Below, in pieces: positions 54,901 through 64,000 of a DNA stretch of 64,000 nucleotides. Position 1 is the stretch's first letter. Each line of letters opens with the position of its first letter. Both the position numbers and the translations under genes were made by a program. Source of the stretch: Eledone cirrhosa (taxonomy: Eukaryota); assembly GCA_964016885.1 (NCBI GenBank), contig OZ024743.1, positions 15,376,001-15,440,000 on the forward strand, read 5' to 3'. A model generated the notes under the pieces. That model was not told the origin of the DNA. It did no database searches and saw only the letters and a list, made by a program, of their open reading frames with translations.

Positions 54901-56407
54901 GTGGGTTTTTGCATGCTTTAAAACCATATGATTCAGACGAGTGACTGGCGTCTCCCTTATCGAAATGGAAAGCCTTTCACCGTACACGCCGAATTTAGTC
55001 ATTATTGCGTTGTATCATACCAAGAATATATTCCCTTTTGTTATGTATAGGTATGTTTTTAAGTGTCATACCTATATGATGCCTTTCCATGTTACTGCCG
55101 TGTGTCGGTGTGGTTGCTCAACTGTGCAGGAGGCGATTATTAGGTATATGATTATCCTAGATGCAGTAATGGTTAATTACTACACGGGATAGAGTTGACG
55201 TACGGTGAGAGGTTGCTCAACGAGTTATGGAAGAATTGTTGAAGAAACCTAGTTCCTGATCCTTCTGTATTCCGGAGTGCAGATAAAGAATGAATAATAA
55301 CAGGTAGACATCATAAACAGGTAATTTATTCTGTGTGCTTAAAATGTTTCCACGGTGGTTATACAGCCTAGTTATGCTATGTGCAAATTTATAACTATTT
55401 GCAAAACTCAATTATCAAATGCTGTAACCACTGTATCATCAGAGCAGATGGTTAAAATGTAATACCCTTAATTGTAAATACCCTTAAATGAGGATATTGG
55501 GGAAGATAGAGTAGAAAAGGAAGAGAGAAAAGAAGGGGAGAGGGAGAGAGAGAGAGATATTCAAGGGTTGGATAAATGGGAGAGAGTGGTTTGTAGATAT
55601 CTTAATCAAAACGTTGTGGTAGGTGTTTTATTATACTGGTTACACTGAAAGCGACCACCTTAAGCGAGGCGTGGATAGTCAAGGTTGGAATTATTTATTG
55701 CCCCAAATGGCAGGTTCATAGATGGGGAGAGGGAGGGAGGTGGACGTAGGGCGAGATAGAGAGAGAGAGATAGAGAGTGGAATGTATAGAGAGTGAGAGA
55801 TAGAGAGGGGACAGACGAAAGCTATGGGGTGGGTGTACATTGGGTTCATAGTAGTAATCTACGAATTGCACTAAGTTTCCATTTATAGTGATAAGCAGGG
55901 TATTGTCTTGTAGGGGGAAGAGAAAGTGATTAGCTAGAAAGCAATGTTATAGTTACGGGTTCGAATGTTAAGTTATTTTATAGTGAGAGAATTTAGATTT
56001 CAGTTTGTGGTTGCAGTATAATCATCGTTCGATTCTATCATTGAGTAATTTATTTTGGGATTTTAAGATGTAAAAGAGTTCAAGGTCACATAACCTACAG
56101 TACTTCAATCCACTCCGATATGCACTAGCGCTGGAAAGTATATCCCATTTCAAGGTCAACTGTTGGTTGCGTTCACGGAGTTTCCAGATCTTGTTGGCAA
56201 GCGTGGTCACAAAACGGTGATTAGGATGTTTAATTGAGAATCGATGACGGTACCAGTGAGATTTAAAGGAGGTAGTGATAGACCCGATGTAATACCATTT
56301 CTGGTCGTTCGATTCAACAGTGCATTGGTAAACAGTGTTGGACTTTAGGCATTTATTCTTCAATGAACTCTTTCAGGTAGGTGGCAGTTACAGTTTTTGT
56401 TGTGGGT
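51938..56407 (-). mobile_element. Full-length Naiad-type PLE with upstream partial tandem copy (~1.26-kb pLTR)
   Basis: Direct repeats at 51938-53200 and 55139-56407 bracket the RT; both carry EN and 3' UTR; TA flanks. Confidence 0.93.
52770..55090 (-). pseudogene. PLE RT-GIY-YIG ORF with stops and frameshifts
   Basis: MERHHIGMTLKNIP start, LKDHK, FDIDEYYSSI, ITMGSNDSAEV, NFLDVTL, CHLP..CPL..CL and YYIGST. Confidence 0.9.
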
Positions 56408-59400
56408 TCTTTATATATATATACCAATTAAAACTAATTAAAACTGAGGCACTCTTCGCAATTTCATGAACAATCGTTTCTTGGGGTTTTCATATTATGT
56501 AAAGCAACCAAAGTCATAAACGTTATAGCCTGCGTCGGGCCTTAACTGTTGGAATTATCTTAGGTAATGATAGTACCACTTCCCTATAATACAGAATGGT
56601 GACAGAAACGCATCAGTTCTTATTAAAGCTCCTCATTGTAACGTACTCACGTAGCATTTTGGCCAAATTAAATTACATTCAAATGTTTATGATAGAGGGA
56701 AGAAATTGTGCAATAATTATGTTTGTTAACAATGGAGGTGACTAAATTCCTTGATCGGTGTGGTATGAACGAAGTGTACTGATTATAATATACCGTTGGA
56801 TAAAGTAGTCGAATCAGAAAATCTTCAATTACCTGGGACGATAATCTCAGTGTATGAATGTGTGTACGCATAAGTGTGTGTGTATATGAGTGAGAATGTG
56901 TGTATGTGTGCGCGCACACACGCTCATAGTATCTATAAAATTTATTGAATATATTTTAGCTGTTCTGTAAACTCTACTATATTTTGTTTGAACATATGTG
57001 TTTCGATGTTTTTATTTATTTATACGCTTTAGCAAAATAATAAAATCAGAGATATCAACACGGAATCGATAGTTTTTCTTGAATTTCCTTAAAACGTATC
57101 ACGAAAAAAACCCATACATTTAAGTAAATAAAGAGGCAATGCCTTTTATTATCTGTTGTCAATATTTATATTTCTACAACGTGGCTTTTGAATGGTTGTT
57201 TATGAATTGTGTACAATAGCTGAGGGGTTTGGATAAACTATGAACATGATTACAGCCATATGTACACACCGTTGCCTTGTCATTATTTGTGTTGTGTAAA
57301 TATTCTGATATTTCCAAATATACTCAATGTTAATAGTAGCATTACCGTTTCACATTCGAAAATCTTGGGTTTGTATGTTTTAAGTACGTATTAACTCGGT
57401 TGAAAAGTGTTTGTTTAAATTGCTTAATAATATATTTTATTCCAGAGGAAATTCAGTAACAGTGCGAAAGATTAGAAGCAAATAAACAAAACTGACTGTT
57501 AGAAGAAACTTGGCGAGATAGTTCACATGGAATTATTTGCTATGATGAATACTATGCCAAGAATTTTTCCAATAATTTTTTCTTTAACAACAATACTTGT
57601 ACCTCCAGTATTGATTTTAAATATAACATCTGTTTCGGGGAAAATTATAATAAATAACATTATGTTAGTTGAAATAGTTCAGAAAATGTTAATGGCCTTC
57701 GATTCTAAACTAAAGCTGCAATAATATTATTTGTGTCACATGAAGCATGTTATCCATTAATACCACCGTATACTAACATGTCGAATAATAAAATGGAATG
57801 ATTTAACATTGTTTATAAACAATGTAGAAAGATATTATGGCAACGTAATTATTTAAAACTTTAGAATTGATGACCACACACGTAAGTAATTTGGGAACTT
57901 AACCAGATTGAAATATATAACTACACGAATCATACCATGTGATACGTAAATGTTAACTATGAAAAGGAAAACATACAAGATGGCAGAAAAAGATAAGGGC
58001 CAAAACCGAAGACGCTATAAATGTCTTCTTATGCTCCAAATTGAATCTGTCGGCTAATATCACGGAAACGACGTGTGAAATCATCCGAAAAGGTATTTGG
58101 AATTTCTCATACGAATGAAAAGCATCAAATTATTATATATAAAGAGATATTCAAGAAAACATTAAAACAGAACAAACAATAACTGAATGACTTTAGCTTG
58201 GTATGAAAATATAAGAAGCGAAATAGTAAGGCAACATATTACACCATGGAATTAAACAGCTTAAACATGAAACATATTAGAACAGAATATAAAACAAAAA
58301 ACCACATAATATATTCCAATAGAGTTTTTTAACAGACGATTAATATGATATAGATTAAAGAGTGACTTCAAAATGGCAAAATATCGAACAGTTGAAACTG
58401 CAAGGCAATTAAATAAAATAGATTAAAGAAGCCGAAATCAACTATTGTCTGTCACAGTGTTCGTAGTAATCAAAATCTCTGGAGTTAAAATAAGTGATAA
58501 ATTTAGGGTACTAAAATAAGACACTGCTTGGTAAAAAAGATACAACCAGGGTTAAATTGCAAGAGAAGATCTTCAAGAATAGGGACAAATACTGTTACCT
58601 AACCAATAATCAATTTTGAATAGAAAGTTTAATACTCAAGGGGAACGAGATTTTATTAACACACAATAAAGGCTAATCCAAATATTCAAAATATAAATCT
58701 TATACAGAGATCTAAAAAAAAGTATGAAACAATTACAAGAAAACAAAATGTTCGGAACAGATAAAGTACGCCTTTATAGAGAAGAGCACTCACCAAAAGA
58801 AAGTTGTAGGAGTTTAGGAAAAGGAATGCCCTATAGACAAAATAAATCCATTGAAAAACATATTGTAAAATCATATGGCACCCAGTAAAAAAAGAAAATA
58901 CAATCGGAGAAAACGGCAAATAGATGGCAAATAGACGGCAAATAGATGGCAAATACATGAAACTAGAACAATGCCTTCGCTTTTTCAAAATTTTCTGACG
59001 CGACATGGAACTATATATATATATATATATATGTGTGGGGGGGGGGTATGTGTATGTGGGGGGTGTATGTGTGTATGTGTATGTGTGTGTGGTAAAATAG
59101 GGAGAGGCAGAGCGAGATAAATGTTGCTAATAGAGTCGAGTAACGTCATTATTCAACTCAATACTTCATACCAAGTCGGGTGTAGATATTACACACACGA
59201 AATGGTGTGAGCTTGACCATGGGGCATACATAAACTGAATATACCTTATAGTGTATATTTGCGTTTGTATTGGCTTTACTTACTCCCAGTTGAAATTGGC
59301 TTTCGATACATTCTGAGACTGAAAAAATATGTAGTGGTAAATACGTTGTTTATATATAATTGACTCAAGTCATTAAGGCTACTAACTATTAATTAACAAA

Positions 59401-59879
59401 TGCAATAAAATTACCTCAAGACTATTCTACAGATTCCGTAACAGCACCATAATTAAGAATCAAACATATATGTCGTTAAAAATATTTATACAGAGAAATG
59501 CATTCTGGAAATGTATTTTGAACAGATTCGTTATAGATCTCAGAATAATAAATAATAGGAACAAATAGAATAAAGGAGCCTTTGAGGTTGGAAACATATG
59601 TTATAAAACTAACGAGATGATACTTAATTATATGTCTTATATATTTCCAAAATTAAATAGCAGCAAATCTTCATCTTCGTGCTTTTCTTACCCATAATTC
59701 CTGGTAGGGTAATAGTGATACCCATAATTCCTGGTGGGGCTATAGTGATATACGGTGTTTCTTGGACATTTTTATCCTGGTGATGCCCAATCTGCTTTCC
59801 AAGTCTTCCAGATAAGGAGAGAGATGGGGACAGATACGAAGTGAGAAGGATATATAGAACAAGAATAGACTCCAGTAAA

Positions 59880-60020
59880 TCACTGGTACTTTGTTTATGG
59901 ACATCAGAAGAATGACAGGCAGATTTCAATTCGGCGGGATTTGAACTCAGGGCAAACAGAACTGAAATGGTGACAGTAAACCTTTCTCACCGACTTGATA
60001 ATGACACTGCCAATTCGCCG
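59880..60020 (-). mobile_element. Degenerate tRNA-derived SINE
   Basis: ggcgaattggcag A box, gagttcaaatcccgccga B box and aaagtaccagt tail. Confidence 0.65.
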
Positions 60021-63000
60021 TTCTACAAGAAATCGAGAAAATATTAATTTCATTTGAAGTTGAATTCATCATTCACTATTAGGAATTACTATTGTTGCTG
60101 TTGCGTAAACCTAACCGAACAAATCTATGAACAAAACCGAGCAGATCCTAACCAGCCCGTCACGTTTCCTGATCTTAGATACCCATAAGTTTAATATTAA
60201 ACGTCTCCTTTCCGTTACATTATGTTAGTATATAATTTGATAGAAGTTTCGTTTCTCGATTAAAGGTTTGAGCGATCTGATAATAGCTTTCTTGAAATAA
60301 TGAATGGCTTTATAGAAAAGAAGTTACAATGTTTTCAAGAGTGAAGCTCTTCATGCTGGGATCATACTCTATTCATTGACATGCATATGAACTACTTTAA
60401 ATCAGGCAACACATGTCACGTTGCTGATCTTAACTGATCAGATGTTGAGGTAGTGATAGCAACAGTGAAAACGTCAGTACGTAATAGAAATATTTATGAT
60501 ACGAAATGATCTGATGGGAGAAACGTTTCTAATTACTCACTGAATAAAGATTAATTTTCTCTCAAGTGATGTGATCTATTCGTAACTTAATTATCTTATT
60601 TCTAGTTAAAGATCAAAGATTTAAAGTCATTTCATCGTTTCTGTACCACACCCACAGTATGCATTCATAACTATACTAGTCTTTTCCATTTTTTAAATAA
60701 CTTGTATCTCTCTTTATCATTAGTGCGGATTCTGATTTTCTTTTCTATAGCAATTTTTATGTCTTTCATTTCATTTATATTTATTGGTTTCTGTATGTAA
60801 GTTATCACCTTCTCTAATTATCACCATCTATTATAGTATGTTTCATTCATTTCTGCTTTTAATCTCTCTTTCTCATTATCTTCACACATATATTTTTTTC
60901 TGAAATCTGTAAATTTTGTTAGTGGCTAAATTGTTTATATAGGAACTGCAGTATGCTGCTTTCAATACATTCAGATTAACATTGCATATGAGCTTCACGA
61001 ATAGACTTGTGTTCTTGATAACTATCATTCTTAACAAACAGACGCGTATTTCCCAAAGTCCACACACGTATACCATTTATCTTAAGACACACGTGCGTAT
61101 TTCACAAGTCCACAAACGTGTATACTACCTAACTCATAAAAATAAACTGAAGTATGTAAACTAAACATACGTATTTATAATTTGAAACATGAATTCATTT
61201 TCTGTTTCTCCTTTTCTCACTCCTCCCCTCTCTCTGTAAAAGAAATGCGTATACACATATTATCAGCTAAAGGCATACGTGCAAAAATTAACATACACTG
61301 AAATTCAAATGTAAAAACCCTAACGCACATATGCACACCATGATAAACATTTCTAACATCATACACGCACATTTCCTTTATATCTAAAAACAGACGAATA
61401 TACATGAGTTATTGAATTATTTTACAACCTCTATCTTTTCCCATGATGTGTTAATTATTGTTAAATGCTGCTGAATGTTGTTTCATGAACATAATGTATG
61501 AGATTACAAAATTAGGCATTTTGATAAACGCTATGCGTTGATAAAATGTGAGTTTCTTTCTCATTCCTGACATTGTAATTTGTACTTTAACAGATCAGTC
61601 AGCTCTACTTATCGTAACTTACTAAACGTGAAAACGTCATTATTAAGTGATCAACAATTTGCAAAACTATATAATTTCCAAAGGAATTCGGCCAAGAAAA
61701 ATAGTTAAAGCATACAGCACTTCCATAATCACACCCCACAGTGGGGAATACTTAGAAGTCTCTAAAACTATTTTGGGCAAAACAAATCAATCACAGAGTT
61801 TGAAACTTACGCAACTAATTAGTATTCCACATCACGGGAAGTACTATCGCGATGTCTACAAATATTAATTGGCGTCCAAACCGCAAGAAACCTACAAACG
61901 CCAAAATTTAGTAAACATATTGAATAGGTTTCCGTTTTCTTTCTCCTCAAAACCTCGCTAATTGTAAAACATACTCTTTCAATAATTGACACCAATATAT
62001 CCTTCTGCCTCTCCAGATGATTATTTACAAAGGCATAACACACTGAGGTACTTAATGTCTGCATTTACTCCCAGATAATGTCAAGAAATATGTATGTTCC
62101 CGGAATTGATGGTCATCTCCACAACATCTTAAATTCAGCATACATCTACCAGTTGAAGATGTTGTGCTTGCAATTTTGGAATGTATCGCACATTTTGTAT
62201 ATACCTCTTATTCTGATCCTCCACTACAGACTCTCGTTATCCTTTGGTGCTAATTTGCAGAATTTCCTTAGGATTACCTGTGATCTTCACACCATAGCAA
62301 TTGTATGAGCTGTTGACATGAAAAGTGTTCACTTCCTCGGTCTCCTAGCGCCCCCTGTCCTCAAACGTTGAACCCGTTGAGCTGAGCATACCGGTTAGGT
62401 ATGAAGTAGCCCTTTAAAAATGTATTCCAGAGGACACCAGAATAGTTATCTGACTTGACGCACAACACAGCTAATTCAATTAAGTTCGATGTAATAATTA
62501 CCTCAATGCAAAAGAGGGATCCACTATTTTACTCCATTACTTGGTAGGCAGATCAGAAACATTCTTGATTCTCATTTGTTGACCAATGCATACTTTCTGC
62601 ATTATGAATTAAACGGAACGATATTGTTGGCCATGCAGTGTGTAAATGATTTGGATTGGAATGCCCGGTACTGTACTTATGCTTACTTTGAGTGGGAATA
62701 TAAACAGAAAATGAGTTTGCTATTGCACTAGAGAAAATTAAGTATTTTTGTGTCACATATTTTCGAGTTACCTTTAACTTAACATTAAATTTTCCCGACA
62801 TCAATCCTTCATTCATTTATTCCCTGAATTCTTTCTTCTATCACGCTCGCTCCCAGTCCATAAATATTTAGTATCCCGCTTGGGTCTATCATTCAGTCTA
62901 AGAGGTTAAAACTTAAACACTGATTTAAAACATACAAGGCAATAGGCTCCAAACAAAGCTTTCTAATATCACGAATTATTTGTCGATCCGTATCGTCTTT

Positions 63001-63799
63001 ACAAAATGTTAACGACTTAATTTACTAGAAACACGAAATGCTGGTCAATGTCAAATTTGCTTCGGAATTTCTTCAACAAAATGCATTGCCGGAACGATTT
63101 GATATCAGGATTTACGTAAATACTCTTCTGTCTCTCTCCATTATTTCCTGTCTTAAACTTGTGCTTATAAAAACGTGGAACGGGCATAATTTATTTTTCT
63201 AGCGCCAACTAAATGAGCAATCGAAACGTTTTTTCGACTCTCTTTTTATACGTGGAGGAAATTCTGGGAGTTTCCATGGATAATTACATATTTCACAAAA
63301 TATAATATTTGTGTTGTTCGTAGTAGATACGCCTCAGACAACGAGATTATTACTATCGCAGGCGTTTCGTTTCACCGAAATATCAAGTGACATCTGTAAG
63401 TAACACTTCCAATGGCTCGGCCACATAATCATCTATGATAAACTCATGGGCAATTTCGGTTGCTTAGACAATTTCAGAACATACTAACACACATGTTAGG
63501 CAGTGTTTCACTTTTCCATTTCTTAAGAGACGATGGTTTGTATTTAAGACATTTCTAGCTAACATTTCCATAGACATTTTGCCTCGAAGTAGACCTGTAC
63601 ATGCCACGCTAGCACTAACTAGGCTTTCTGTTTCATTGTATTTTTTGTGTGCATGGTAGGGGTTAAAGTATTTGAATTTATAGTAGCCTTCCTTTTTAAG
63701 ACGAAAGAGATATAGTTATTAATTCTAGCATATCTGGTGATTATGTAGATCCTCACATGTTACCTTATTTTATAAAGATGTTGTTAATTACTCCCTTCT

Positions 63800-63960
63800 T
63801 CTTATTATTATTATTCTTCGCCCACTTATTCTGAGAGGGTCGTGGTCGCAAAGTCTTCAAATACACTTTCCAGTGGGTCCTGTCAGACGCAATCGTCTCC
63901 AACTAATCTGGTTGCATCGCCAATCTCATGGATATTATCCAACTATATGTTTTAATTGAA
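63800..63960 (-). mobile_element. Possible RTE LINE 3' end remnant
   Basis: Translates LETIASDRTHWK followed by a (AAT/AAG)n tail. Confidence 0.4.
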
Positions 63961-64000
63961 ACAATTATATTATAGTGTTTTAAAAAGATAAATTGACAGA

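Noticed and set aside
62343-62362. CTCF-like site ctagcgccccctg
   Set aside because: Only a partial motif match with no supporting context.
57900-63000. Highly decayed LINE-like traces or host exons
   Set aside because: The motifs are too eroded to assign without a homology search.

Overview
AT-rich eukaryotic (animal) DNA with no recognisable host gene. Octopus-type tRNA-derived SINEs suggest a cephalopod, which is an inference. The window is dominated by (TA)n/(CA)n microsatellites, into which many Penelope-like retroelements (PLEs) have inserted. There are six or seven degraded Naiad-type RT/GIY-YIG segments, one Neptune-type GIY-YIG fragment, and RTE and CR1 LINE fragments. Reading by eye also shows type I hammerhead ribozyme (HHR) motifs in about ten sequence families. 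Several sit in non-coding tandem arrays: a 344-bp unit present about 16 times plus about 3.5 inverted copies, and a ~625-bp unit in two arrays. Most TA-embedded inserts share one architecture: two head-to-head arms whose 3' ends point outward into TA tracts, one arm 45-90 nt longer. This suggests an ecosystem of non-autonomous, ribozyme-carrying (retrozyme-like) RNAs mobilised by TA-targeting PLEs. All folds were done by eye and coordinates are approximate to a few bases.
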